Source of the DNA: Octopus vulgaris
Lineage: Eukaryota
DNA: 64,000 nucleotides
Direction: 5' to 3'
Assembly: GCA_951406725.2 (NCBI GenBank)
Contig: OX597816.1
Span: 67,518,001-67,582,000, forward strand
Below the pieces are notes generated by a model. The model was not told the origin of the DNA. It did no database searches and saw only the letters and a program-made list of their open reading frames with translations. The first letter of the stretch is position 1; every line of letters begins with the position of its first letter. Below, piece by piece: positions 13,454 through 26,500 of this stretch. A program made the translations under genes and the position numbers.

Positions 13454-13989
13454 TTTTAGAGAGAATAGAACTAGATGAAAATTGACAAAGAAATAACCTT
13501 GAATTCGTTTCATTTTTATTTAATCGTTAGTTTGCTTCCCCTTCTCCATCCTCATCATCGCATTTTGTCAACTCATTGAAGTTATCCGTCAGAACGACAC
13601 TCTTTAGAAAAATGGCGACCTGATGGGGGCAAAATTAGAGTTTCACAAACTGCTGTTTCTCGGAATTCCAATTTAACATTTATAAGTTTGTTAGGATCAG
13701 ATGATGATGGGCAAGAGTTTGAAAGGAAATAGGGAACACATACAACAACAAGAAAACAAGAATAACAACAGCAACAAAACGCAGACATGTTCACACAAAC
13801 ATCGTGAAACTAGGTGAGCTGCGTCTTCCGAAGATGGCGTGTGTTTGAGAATGTCACCGTGTCAAGTTTATATATCACATGTTCAACAATATTCTGTTAA
13901 CAGACGGGAGTCTGAATATCATACTCTCATACTCGTAGGAGGAAGACTGACGTATGTTTAAAAATAGCTTGTTTTGTTCTACTACTACA

Positions 13990-14038
<49 letters not shown>

Positions 14039-15085
14039 ACACCACCACCACCACCATACCACTATCACCTCCAACAACACCAACTAATTCTCACTGTGAT
14101 GGTTATATGAAATATAACAGATTTCAGCAGTTTTTAACACTTCTTTATTTTTGGTAATTGTGCAAGTTATTCTAGTTTAGTGCATGGTTTAACATATAGG
14201 TTACATTAGGCAAATTCTGTGCGAATTTTAAAAAATTTAATTCTGTGAATTTTGGCAAAATGTTATTTTTTATTCAGCGAATTTGGTAAAATATTTTTTT
14301 TTATTCGGTGAATTTTGGTAAAATATTTACTATTATAAAATGTAATAGTTCAATGAAGGCTTTGAGTTGGAAAGATTCCCTTATTTGAATGTCTGTCTGT
14401 TTTCCGCATTATATACAATCCCTTGGCTCACCCTGTCTGTCTGTCTCTCCCCAGCACAGCCCTTTTGATCCCATTGTATTTACTACTCTTTTATCGCCAG
14501 GCACAGGCATAGCTTTGTGGTAAGAAGTTTGCTTCTCAACCACCTGATTTCGGGTTCAGTCCCACTGTACGGCAACTTGGGTGTCTTCCAATTAAGCTCC
14601 AGTATGACCAGCCTTGTGAGTGATTTTGTTGTATGCATCTATGTGTGTTTGTGTCCCTTCCCCTTTCCGCTTGATAACCGGTTTGGTCTATTTTTGGCCT
14701 CCTTAACTTAACGGTTCGGCAAGAAAAACAATAGAATAAAAGCTGGACTTAAAAAATAGTGGGATCGTTTATTCGGCTAAAACCTTACAAAGTGGTGCAG
14801 CTGCGTGACTAAAGTCTGATGACTAAAACAATTCAAAGTTAAAAGATACAACTGTTTTGCACATCTTTTATACAGCTTCCTTGTTGCCATATTTTATGCA
14901 TCTTCCATGCTTTCATCCTCTAGATGCAGGTATGGCTGTGTGGTTAAGACACCCGCTTTGCAATCGCATGATTAAGTGTTCAGTCCATCTACGTGGCCTC
15001 TTGGGTACGTGCATACTACTAGAGCCCCAGGTTGACAAATGATTTGTGAATGAATTTGGCAGACAGAAAAGGTGTACAAGCCTGT

Positions 15086-15124
<39 letters not shown>

Positions 15125-15774
15125 ATGTATATATGTATGCATGTATGTAGGTGTGTGTGTGTGTGTGTGTATGTGTGCGTGCACGCACGTGTGTATGTCT
15201 TTCCCACTGTCAGGGCATACCGATGCTGGTTTGTTTGCGTTTCTGAAACTTAAATGGCACAGCAAAAAGAGACCGATTGAATAGGTAGAGGACTTGAGGA
15301 TGAAAGCATGGAAGATACATAAAATATGGCAACAAGGAAGCTGTGTAAAAGATGTGCATAGCATAGCTGTATCTTTTATCTTTTGAACAAGTACTAGGGC
15401 CGATTTATTTGACTAAACCCTTCAAAGCGGTGCACCAGCGTGGTCACAGTCGAATGACTAAAGCAAATGAAACATATAAGAAAGATAACTGTTATGTTCC
15501 TATTTTTAAACGGTATCCTTGATACAATCTTTTACACAGCTCTCGTATCTCCAGGTTGTATAAATCTCTCTTGTTTTCATTGCAGTTACAGTTCTTTCGT
15601 TGCCATTTATACGGTTCTCTTTTATATACATCTTACATACAACTCTCTTTTTCACATCTTTTATATGACTTCCTCTCTTTTATGCAATTCACTTATTCAT
15701 ATCTTTCACACGATTCTCTTTCCTTCTTTCTTACAACTCTCTTCTTTTATAAGTCTTATACATCGACTCTAGTG

Positions 15775-16160
15775 CTTAGTTAATACTTATTTTATCGTCT
15801 CCCAAAAGATGAAAGGCAAAGTCAACCTCGGCGGAATTTGAACTCAGGACATAAAGACCGACGAAATGCCGCAAAGCACTTTGCCCGGCGTACTATCGAT
15901 TCTGCTAGCTCGCCGCCTCGATTGTAATATTAATAATAAAAGTAAGGCAGCGAGCTGGCAGAATCGTTAGCACGCTGGGCGAAATGCTTAGCGGTGTTTC
16001 GTCCGTCTTCGTGTTGTGAGTTTAAATTCTGCATAGGTAGACTTTGCCTCCCATCTTTCGGGGTCGATAAAATAAGCACCAGTTGAGTACTGGGAGCCGA
16101 TGCAATCGACTTATTCCCTCCTCGAAATTGCTGGCATTGTGCTAAAATTTGAAATCAATA
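15775..16160. mobile_element. Head-to-head pair of family B SINEs
   Basis: Minus copy at about 15775-15918 and plus copy at about 15944-16160. Confidence 0.8.
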
Positions 16161-17605
16161 TTAACAATAAAAAATGTATGTATAGAAAATAGCACCACCG
16201 CTAATAGTAATAAAATTAATACATTGTATAGATATAGCCATGTAGTAAACTGTAGTAATGTATAAACTCTGCTGGCGATATTTCATCTAAATTCACTGAC
16301 AAACGTAATGGGCAGGGAACGTTACTTGGTATAATCCACCATAAAAATATTTATGTCAGAATATTCTTTAGAATTAAAGAGAATTTTCTATCATAGCACA
16401 AGTACCATCTGACCTTTAACATTTAGACAGTGAAGCTTTTCTGTTCTAGTATCTCACCCTGGCTGTTATGGCATAGCAGCATCTAATAATAAACATATAA
16501 GGAAATAATATTAGTAATGAAAAATTATCAAACTCCGGTTTAGAAACTAATACGATAAAAAGCAACAAAAAAATTATGTCATTCAAATTTAAACTGCGTC
16601 AGTGAGCACACTGTTGAAAATATTTAGCTCGATTTGGTAAAGGTGCAAAGTTTCAGTAGCCATTTCAAATTATTAAGGCATAATTCACGTAGCAACTGTG
16701 CTAAGTGGATCAAGACCATTTAGAAGACACGACTGTAAGGATTAGATGGAGGAAGAGAGTATGTAGGTTAGCTAGAAGAATAGGGGGTGAAACCTTACTA
16801 ACGGGAGAAAGCGTGAGAGTTAAATGGAAGGAGAGAGAACATTATTCTTATTAAATCATCTATAATTACCCCTCATCTCTTTTTCAAGCATCTAGTCAAA
16901 TGGGCCTCTATGTGGCGATCAGATCTACTAGAAATGGCAGCCAAATCGCTCTCGACACAGAGCCATCAAAAGCAACGAATGAAACATTAAATGACGTATA
17001 TCTAACTCTGTAAAAGTTAACTTGGCGCTAAACGAAACAACATCAATAACAACAACAAATAATTGTTTTTGATGAAAGGGAGGCGTTAAATTTCCCTCTT
17101 TCTCCGTTCTGAATTAAAATCCTGCTGGACTCAACCGTGTCTTGTAAAGTTCTTTAAAATAAATCTAAAATATAAAGTCGTATCAAGTAAGTTACATATT
17201 TTACCTCATAGAATCCCCATAAAAACGTCAAGCACAACAGTTCCCGATTCCATTTAATCCAGTGAAAGTTATTCAAGAATATCAAAGACCTCCACGCGTA
17301 CATAGCAGCCCTGATACCAGATTCACTGGCTGTTGTTATAATATTGGAGAAAACGAAGGTGTTTTAGAGAAGAGATTCGATGCAGACTTTTTCGAATCGG
17401 AAATATCAGAAATATTTGCTGAAAATTATAATGGAGTATCCTGTCTGTTGAAAACCTATATTTTGCATCCGAAGATGGCAGTCCATTTCAAACTGATGTA
17501 ATGCTTACATTGTTAGATTAAATGAAGCCGCCTGAAACGGCTGTAAGCACTAATACCTTGATATCCTTGTTACTTATTTTATATATATAAATATATATAT
17601 ATGTA

Positions 17606-17672
<67 letters not shown>

Positions 17673-17814
17673 AGACACTCAATTTACAACCACGTAGTTT
17701 CTGGTTCACAATCACTGCGCGGCACCACAGACAGATAACTATAACCTTGGGTCAAGCAATCCCTTATGAGTAAATTTTGCAGACAAAAATTGTATGGAAG
17801 CCCGTCATATTTAT

Positions 17815-18000
17815 AGTTGGAGTTTATAAAAAAAAAACAAAAAACAAAAGACGAAGACAGGTGTGTAAACAACAAAGAGACGTCTAACGCCCTGGAAGTG
17901 AGAAAGTCTTTTATGTTTCGAGCCTACGCTCTTCAACAGAAAGGAACACAGAAATAAGCAAAGAGAGAAAATAAAAAAGGTTTAGTGGCTAGCGATCAAT

Positions 18001-18003
<3 letters not shown>
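17815..18003 (-). mobile_element. ~190-bp short repeat with a variant hammerhead motif, copy 2
   Basis: Homologous to 2918-3112. Followed by (CA)n. Confidence 0.7.
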
Positions 18004-18072
<69 letters not shown>

Positions 18073-18367
18073 TATATATAAAACCTATTTGCATACGCAT
18101 CGTTTTAAGGAAATTTTGGCACCAGATAAGCATATTTTGACTGTTCATGATTTTTACGTTATAATTTCTGACCTTTAAATACTTGCGCCTGCATTGATAA
18201 TCTTTCTTCCATTTCAATAATCGTTTGTAGATCAGAAACATGAAACTTAGTGTAACAATTTAGGTAGCTTCAACTTTTAAAAGTTAATATATCACTTTAC
18301 ATTTTGAGTTACTTACTTTCTTCTTGTTCTTGCTTAAACACAAGCGTCTAGCTGTCTGACTGTTTAA

Positions 18368-18422
<55 letters not shown>

Positions 18423-18536
18423 GTATCTATCTATCTATTTATCTCGATAGATAGATAGATAGAGAAAGAATGAAAGAGATAGAGAGAGAGAGAGAGACAG
18501 CAAATAAAGGGGAGAAAGAGAGAGAGAGCGAAGGGA

Positions 18537-18600
<64 letters not shown>

Positions 18601-18682
18601 AGAGGTAGGATAGATTGAAAGTTTAATGGTGAGTAAACTGTTTTGAAGCTGTAATTTATCATAAATACACACAACACACACG

Positions 18683-18753
<71 letters not shown>

Positions 18754-19373
18754 GAAATTTGTCGAGTACTCACTACTTTGATGATGTCATGAAATTGGAT
18801 GCTGTTTTCTAAGCAACAGCAACAACAACAAACACGTGAAAGAAATAAAGAAACTTGGAAAATAAACATTATAACAATCACCAAAACAAAACAAAAACAA
18901 AAATGGTAACAATAGAAATATTTATTGTTAAGTCAACAAACTATTGTTTATAAAGTGCTGTTGTGACGTCAATCTATAACACCCGCTTCTACTATCGTAT
19001 TTTACGTCTGCGGCTCTCTTTTATCTCAATATTTTGATATATTATCTTCAAAATCTGTATTATAATGTTTCTAGTTCCATTTCTGAACACAGTATCATGT
19101 TCAGCTTACGCCACAATTTTCCCACCACCGAAATGTTTTAGTCTTTGAAAGGAAATAAATGAGTTTATGGACATGCAACGTTTCCGATGGTTGTGAACCC
19201 CTTTTTACTGTCCCGATAAATATTTGAAAGAAATATTTGAATCAATGGCGCTCAAACGATTAACGAATGAAAGGAGATAATGAAATATTTATTTGTGAAT
19301 ATCTTGTTCTTGTTGATTAATTCAAGGCTCACCTATAACAAACAAACATATGAAGAAAAAGTTTATAACCATA

Positions 19374-19807
19374 GGCGTAGGAGTGGCTGTGTGGTAAGTA
19401 GCTTGCTTACCAACCACATGGTTCCGGGTCCAGTCCCACTGCGTGGCACGTTGGGCAAGTGTCTTCTACTATAGCCTCAGGCCAACCGAAGCCTTAAGAG
19501 TGGATTTGGTAGACGGAAACTGAAAGAAGCCCGTCGTATATATATGAGTATACACACACACACACACACACATGTATATGTATGTGTGTGTGTGTGTGTT
19601 TGTGTGTCTGTGTTTGTCCCCCCAACATCGCTTGACAACTGATGTTGGTGTGTTTACGTCCCCGTAACTTAGCGGTTCGGCAAGGAGACCGATAGAATAA
19701 GTACTAGGCTTACAAAGAATAAGTCCTGGGGTCGATTTGCTCGACTAAAAGCGGTGCTCCAGCATGGCCACAGTCAAATGACTGAAACAAGTAAAAGAGA
19801 AAAAAAG
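19374..19807 (+). mobile_element. SINE family C, full length
   Basis: TSD TAACCATA at 19366-19373 and 19808-19815. Confidence 0.9.
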
Positions 19808-20213
19808 TAACCATACTTATCCTATCTTTCTAAATATCAGGTTTGTTTGTCCTTTCTTTCAGACAGTAGCATGTGATTTCAGGGAAATTTATCTGCTATT
19901 TCTAACAGGTTAAGCGAACACGTAAGATCAAAGAAATTCAAAAAGTGATCTGAAAATTAAGGGACTTAGTCTAATATTGAAAAGAAAAATTAAGAAATAT
20001 TTAATGTTCTCGTTTCGGACAACGGTGCGTCATCAGCAGAAACAGAAGAAAGACCGAGAAGATAGGAAGAGGGAAAGATCTTTCGAATCATATTACAGAT
20101 TTTATCAAAGCTATTGGGGTAACATGAATGGGCGAACGGGAGTGAGTACACAGACATTCTGCTTTATCAAGGCTTAGAATACTCGAATGAATAGTTCCTT
20201 GCGCAGTTAAGTA

Positions 20214-20779
20214 TTGGATTGTCCGGAAAGTTCGTGCCGATATTTAAAGGAAAGCAAAAGGCCAATAAATACTTGCCATTACATTTTTAATCAACCAAAT
20301 GTGAACCATTTTGTTGCACAATGCGTCTCCATCTTTCCTTTAACTTGAAAATACCCTCTTCCCAGAATTGAGGCGGTTTCATGGCAAAGAATTCAACAAG
20401 GTACCTCTTTACGTCATCCAAAGAATTGAAATTTTTACCAGTAAGACTATTCTGCAGAGACCTGAATAAGTGGAAATCCGAAGGAGCAATATCTGGTGAA
20501 TATGGAGGGTGGGGTAACACATTCCAGCTGAGCTGCAGCAATTTTTGTCTTGTTCCCAAAGCATCAAGTACCGAAAATTAACTTTCTTATCTTCCATTTT
20601 AAAGGGTTACAGAATTAACACAGGTTATAGGAACATAAACGTTCTTCCACGAAAAGATAGCTTAATCTGTGTTCTAAATGGAGGTGTAGTAAAATCCTAT
20701 TTTATGGACTCAACCATGTTCTAAAATAAGTAAAAAATTAAGCTACTATAAATCGGCACGAACTTTCCGGACAACCCAA
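20214..20779 (-). mobile_element. Mariner internal-deletion derivative with both TIRs
   Basis: TIRs TTGGATTGTCCGGAAAGTTCGTGCCGAT / ATCGGCACGAACTTTCCGGACAACCCAA with TA TSD. Start MEDKKVNFRY is joined to the C-terminus containing PHPPYSPDIAPSDFHLF. Confidence 0.93.
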
Positions 20780-21078
20780 TATATTTGAAAGTAGATCAGT
20801 GGAGGAATGTCATCGAACTCTCTCATGCACCAAATGGCAATTGCTAAAAAGTATTCGTGAAGTAAAATCATGTAGCAACACCAAATGGCGGTGCCCCAGC
20901 ATGACCACAGCTTGTGAGCTGAAACTAGATAAAAATAAAAATAATAAAAAATAAATAGACAATGTTCATTGTGTGTAGGTGTGAACGTGCGCGTAGGTGT
21001 AGGTATGTGTGCGTGTAATGTGGCGTGTGTGCATAAATGTAGATGTTCGTAGGTGTATGTATGACACACACACACATA

Positions 21079-21800
21079 CAGGGGTGGTCAAAAGTAGGTA
21101 TATAGCTTAATATGAGTGGGATGTTCTTTCCGTTTCTCTATTTCTTTTTTCGGATAAGAATTCAATGATTCTCTGTTCTTGAACATGTTACTTCAGTCTC
21201 TCAAGTGCTCAAACCGATGGACTTCCGTGTCTATGAACTCTTGAAGTTGATATTCGACACTTAAGCAGATCTTTGTACCCAGTTCTTTGTTTGCATGAAT
21301 TTCTTGGCAGATCTTTTTAATGAATTCAATCTTTGGCATCAACAGCGTGCGGCAGTTTTAGAAAACACTTTGTCTTTGACAACAAGCCAAAAGAAAAATT
21401 TCATGAGCGTGAGATCCGGTGATCTTAGTGGCCAATCAACTGGGCCGATCCAATTGTTCGTCACCTCTTTGTTCAAATACTCACGAACCACAAGAGCGCA
21501 GTGTAGGAGTCATGGGGACTCTCCAACAAGAGAGTCCCCATCTTGTTGGAAATAAAAGTCATCATTGCCTTGTTGCTGCTTCAATTCAGAAATGGCTTTG
21601 CCTTAACATGTTAAGATAAAGGTTTTGGCTAAAGGTTTTGTCAAAGAACACAGGTCCTATGACCCCCTGATTTGCTCAGATCTTAACACCTGGTTGATTC
21701 ACTTGCTGTTCGATTGTGACACGAGGATACCCTGTTGCATAATATACACAGTTGTGTCTATTAGCAACACCCGAGAGTTTAAAATTGGTTTTGTCGGAAA
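21079..21800 (-). mobile_element. Tc1-like transposon relic
   Basis: TA-CAGGGGTGGTCAAAAGT terminus. Minus-strand FQQDG and WPLRSPDLT-type catalytic motifs near 21400-21555. Confidence 0.7.
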
Positions 21801-21884
21801 AACAAAGGATAAGGATAAGTGTGAGACAGATAAAGTCATAAGGATATATATCGAGAGAGCTCACAAAATGGATAAAGAGAGAGG

Positions 21885-21916
<32 letters not shown>

Positions 21917-22257
21917 AAGAGAGAGAGAGAGAGGATCGGAGCGTTGCAAGGAAACAGCAGAAAGAAAGGATACTAACGTCAGACGTTAAAAATACCATGT
22001 CGCACCAAGTAGATTTATATTTTTAGATTAGCGTGTAGTCGAAATCTTCAAAAATAAAAGAAACTTAAAAATCACAATTTGATAGAAAGCAATATTAAAA
22101 TTCAGGGTCGATTAAATAAGTACCAGTTACGCACTGGGATCGATGTAATCGACTTAATCCCTTTGTTCTTGTTTGTCCTCTCTGTTGTTTAGCCACCTTT
22201 GAGCAATAAAGAAATAAATATTTATAAATTCCATCGAAGGATTATTATTTCTCCCTG

Positions 22258-22309
<52 letters not shown>

Positions 22310-22964
22310 CACACACATATATACACACACAGTCCTTCATGCATATATATATACACACTGTCCTTCACGCATATATATGTATATACAAACACACCGTCCT
22401 TCACTGCTCAGGAAAGATAACTTTTTTACGAATTGAATGCTTACAGTAATACGCTATATATGTGCATACATGCATGCATGCATCCATACATACATACATA
22501 TCATAAGGATAGCATTTTGACAAGTGAAAATACACATGCATACATAAATATATATATGTATATGTATGCATGTATGTATGCGCGCGCGTGTGCGTTTCAA
22601 TGTATATACATGTATGAATTTATCTATATTTATTTATGTATATATGCATGTATGATATATATAACATATATAAGCATATATATGAGTGTGTGTGTGTGTC
22701 TATTTACACACACTGACTCACACTCACACATACACACGCACACACACACACACACGCATTATGTTCTATGCGCTTAGCCTTTAAGTATCAATCACATTCT
22801 ACACAGAATACTCCTCCGGGTTCACTATGGAGAAACCCATTAAATACAAAAACAAAATGTAAACCAAAGGAATGATACTATCGCCGCCAAATAAAAAAAA
22901 TAAATATACCCCTCCACCAAAAAGAAAAAGAAAAACCTCGAAGATTATTTATTTTATTGTAAAT

Positions 22965-23262
22965 AATACCTTTGAATATTTTTTTGTTACGCATTGATTC
23001 ACAGACAGACAAAACATAGTTATGTTCAGTATGAGACTCGGACTAATTTTGTTATGCATTAGGTAATAGAAAAACAGACTGTAGTTTATATTCTACATGA
23101 GACCAGAACTTATTCTGTATGCATTTGACAAGAGAATGATTAAAAAGTAGTTTAAATTCAGTATGGTTCAACGATTAATTTGTTATTGCGTTAGACTTGG
23201 GAAAATTGGTCGTAGGGTATATTTTATATAGGACAACGATTAATTTGCTACTGCATTGAATT
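22965..23262. repeat. Highly diverged ~65-bp minisatellite, 4-5 units
   Basis: GCATT/GCGTT recurs at 22991, 23056, 23121, 23188 and 23253. TAG(TT/GG) recurs at 23017, 23082, 23148 and 23213. Confidence 0.7.
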
Positions 23263-25269
23263 TTCGGCAAATTATAGCTCAGCTGCTTGAAAAATCTACA
23301 GCCTCAAAATCATATCTACAGCAACAATATGATTTGTATATTTCAAAGTGTTTGGATCTGTTTCAAAATCATTTCCTGGTATGTTTATGTCTGACATCTC
23401 TCAAGCTAAACTGGTAACACACTGAGTTTAAGAGACAGAGGAAGTATGTTTCATTTGAAAATTGCAAGTGTTTAAATTTCGATGCCATGCTGGGTGTCAG
23501 CTTAAAACAGAAAAACGGCGAGTGAATCTAACAACATGCCACTTCCAGTTCAGTTTCAATAGATTTCATTCGTTTTTGTTTTCTGTTTTGTTGCTTTTAA
23601 TTTTTGCTTTATATCAACATGTATTTGTAAATAGAACGAACCTTGTAATGTAGTGAGGAGCCATTGGCAAAATGAACCCCGACCTGATTTCAGTTCCGAA
23701 TCGACACAATTTCACTATACCCATGCTGCTAATGCCACTGGAAAAACATGAATTTCATCATTTCCTACTGGCTCTTAATAGGAAGAAATACAAATATTAG
23801 AGTTTTTATAAAAAAAAAAAAAAGGTTAATAAATCACGCAAATTTTTTGGCCGGAAAATTCTACTTTCGACAGGAAATTAAATTATAAAAAAAAGAAGAT
23901 AAATATGTCCTTGTCTTTTAAAAAAACAAACATGCTCCTGGTGTGTATGGAATTTAGCAGAAAGAAAAAAAAGGACAGAATGGAGAATCACCATTCATTC
24001 ATTCATTCATTCATTCATTCATTCATTCATTCATTCATTCATTCATTTATTCATTCATTTACTTAATTAGTGCGATATCTATACTATATGAAGTTAAGGC
24101 GTGTGGTCTAGTGGTTAGTGTTGGACTCATGGTATCGTGGTTTCAATTCCTAGACCAGGCGACCCGTTCTGCTCTTGAGCAAAACACTTCATTTCATGTT
24201 GCTCCAGTCCACTCAGCTGCCAAAAATGAATAATCCTGCGATGGACTCGCGTCTTGTCCTAGGGAAAAAAATATATATTCCACAGAAGCCGGAAACCGGA
24301 CCTTATAAGTCCATAAGACACGGGAAGGATGCTTTATACTATAAGAAGGAAACCTCCTTACTAATTAAGTGTATGTAAATTTTATCAAAAGAAAGCAGTT
24401 TTTAAAATCAAAACTAACTACAAAATTCCAATAAATTCCAGTTTAAATTTTTTTTTTTATTATCAAAATGTATTTTTCATTCAGAAAACTAAATTCTATT
24501 CACTGCGACATGCAATCCTTAACATTTATATTCCTTTTCATCCGCAGTTTCCTTGCAACACACACGCGTGCACACCCGCTACCCCCACACTCTTTTATTC
24601 CTCTCCCTCCCTTCCTCCTCTCTCTCTTGTTTTTTATCGCCTCTTTTCCTATTATTCTCTCTATTTCTTTATCCTTATAACTTTTTTCTCTTCGGTCTTT
24701 GTCGCTTCTCTATCTCACAGACTTAGTGAGATAGATATATATATATACAGACACATTCCTCTATTCCGATTAGCCCTCATACATGTTTTATAAAATTGAG
24801 GAATATAAAGGCGTACACACAACACGTAAACTGTTTTTCAAAAGTTTCGTGTTGCCCTGTTTTCAAAAAAGATTTTCTAGTTTATGATTTTTGAAAATCT
24901 TTAAATATCGTGACTGTAGCAAGTAATTTTGGCAAAAATATTGTGACTGTAGCAAGTAATTTTGGCAAAAACTTTATAGAAATGTCCACTTTGCACGTCA
25001 TATCCTACAAGAATTTATATCAGATTACTTGGGATCGATAAAGAACATATAATCAATTAAATGCTTTCAGGCGATGTCCCAGCATGCCCACAGTCAAGTG
25101 GCTGAAGCCAGTAGCATAATTAAAGAATAACATTTTGAGAACGGCAAAAAACAAAACAAAACAAAAACACAATAGAACCGACTACATTGGAATTTGAACT
25201 CATGCATCTATCTTTTCCGAGTAACTGCATTCCTGACTACCTATTAGCGCCCACCCATACTAAGCTTTA

Positions 25270-25440
25270 CTTCCTAGATACCGCACTAAATACGTCTTTC
25301 CTAGAATTACAACACTTCAGAATTTCCTCTCCACCCGCGTTCTGTAGCAGCCGGTCAACTGTTGATGAACATGTTCTTCACCCACATTCCGCTCAGAAAT
25401 CTGAGGTGACCTGGGAAGGTCATTGGCATTGACCATTCTA
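25270..25440 (-). mobile_element. Tc1/mariner transposase fossil (N-terminal region)
   Basis: Minus-strand frames give NDLPRSPQISERNV (compare DLPRSGRP) and SSTVDRLLQNAG (compare STVRRRL..AG). Confidence 0.5.
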
Positions 25441-25831
25441 ACTAATTTATAAAAAGAGAAAACCCGGGGGCTTATAATGTCTAATATCCTATGAAATTGT
25501 ACTTGAGAGGAACTTTGAGAGAACGTGAACTTTCCATATGTTATATATGTGGGGGTGTTTATATATGTACGTTTGCATTATATATCTAAATATGTATTGA
25601 GCGCTTATATATTATGATATAAATATATATATATTCATCTCGCAAGTGCAAAAATCGATAATGTGTTTGTTTAGGCCTTATCACATGCATTGAATAGTGA
25701 ACTTTACTCAGTCAGCTGTTTGACGTGATTATATATAGATTATATATAGATTATATATATTTATATTTTTCATTGATAATTTTATTATTTTACACTTATA
25801 TTTTAATATATTGATATTTTAGATCGAAAGT

Positions 25832-25874
25832 CCACCTGACGAATGTCATTGAAGACATGAAACGATTGTAGTGG
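25832..25874 (+). ncRNA. Minimal type-I hammerhead ribozyme
   Basis: Stem I CCAC/GTGG, core CTGACGA, stem II ATGTC-ATTGAA-GACAT, GAAA, short stem III C-GATT-G, and a GTA cleavage triplet (predicted cut after 25870). Confidence 0.8.
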
Positions 25875-25993
25875 CGGTTTATTTCTTTATATAAAAAATT
25901 TTTATGTATTGATTAAGTCTTTCCTTGTTTGTTTTGCAAAGTAGTGGTTTTGTCTCGAATTATATTATATATATATATATATACAGACATATA

Positions 25994-26500
25994 TCTATAT
26001 ATATAAAACTCAACTTGTGTGTCTGTGTGTGTATCTGTGTGTGTGTCTGTGTGTTTAACTTCCCGGCACATCTCCTCCTAGCAAATCGTAGAACCACAAA
26101 AAATGGGTCTCAAAGTTTAGGCGAATGAAAATTGAACTGCGCTATTTCTGTTCCGAAATTCATTTCGCAAGTGCAAAAATCGATAATGTGTTTGTTTAGG
26201 CCTTATCACATGCATTGAATAGTGAACTTTACTCAGTCAGCTGTTTGACGTGAACTGTGTTCACCACGCGTAAATTGCATGAAAAATAAAAAATCAAGAT
26301 ATAAAAATCGAATCGCTGTAAACATTGTAGAAATTCGGCAAAGAAATGAATTTTCGGGATGTAGCCTGGAGGGTTTTTTCGTATTAATCATTTGGACTTT
26401 GTGAACACATACCAATTGCTTTCATAACATTTTTAACGCTTTGAATTGTGACCATTTTGCGTTGAGTCTGCAGTTTGAATCACTTTAACCAAATTTTAGC
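25994..26500 (+). mobile_element. Helitron-like non-autonomous element, 5' part
   Basis: Start A|TCTATATATATAAAACT followed by a TG-rich repeat, like the element at 53631. No CTAG end was found. Confidence 0.5.

Noticed and set aside
22965-23262. CRISPR-like repeat-spacer array (period ~65 bp)
   Set aside because: Eukaryotic context, no cas genes, and similarity spans whole units rather than fixed repeats with unique spacers.
24905-24971. 33-bp tandem duplication (similar small ones at 14225-14330 and 63636-63691)
   Set aside because: Ordinary slippage repeats with no further structure.
25350-25437. Apparent terminal coding exon WSMPMTFPGHLRFLSGMWVKNMFINS*
   Set aside because: Other frames show Tc1-type motifs (DLPRS, STV.RLL..AG), so a transposon fossil is the better explanation.
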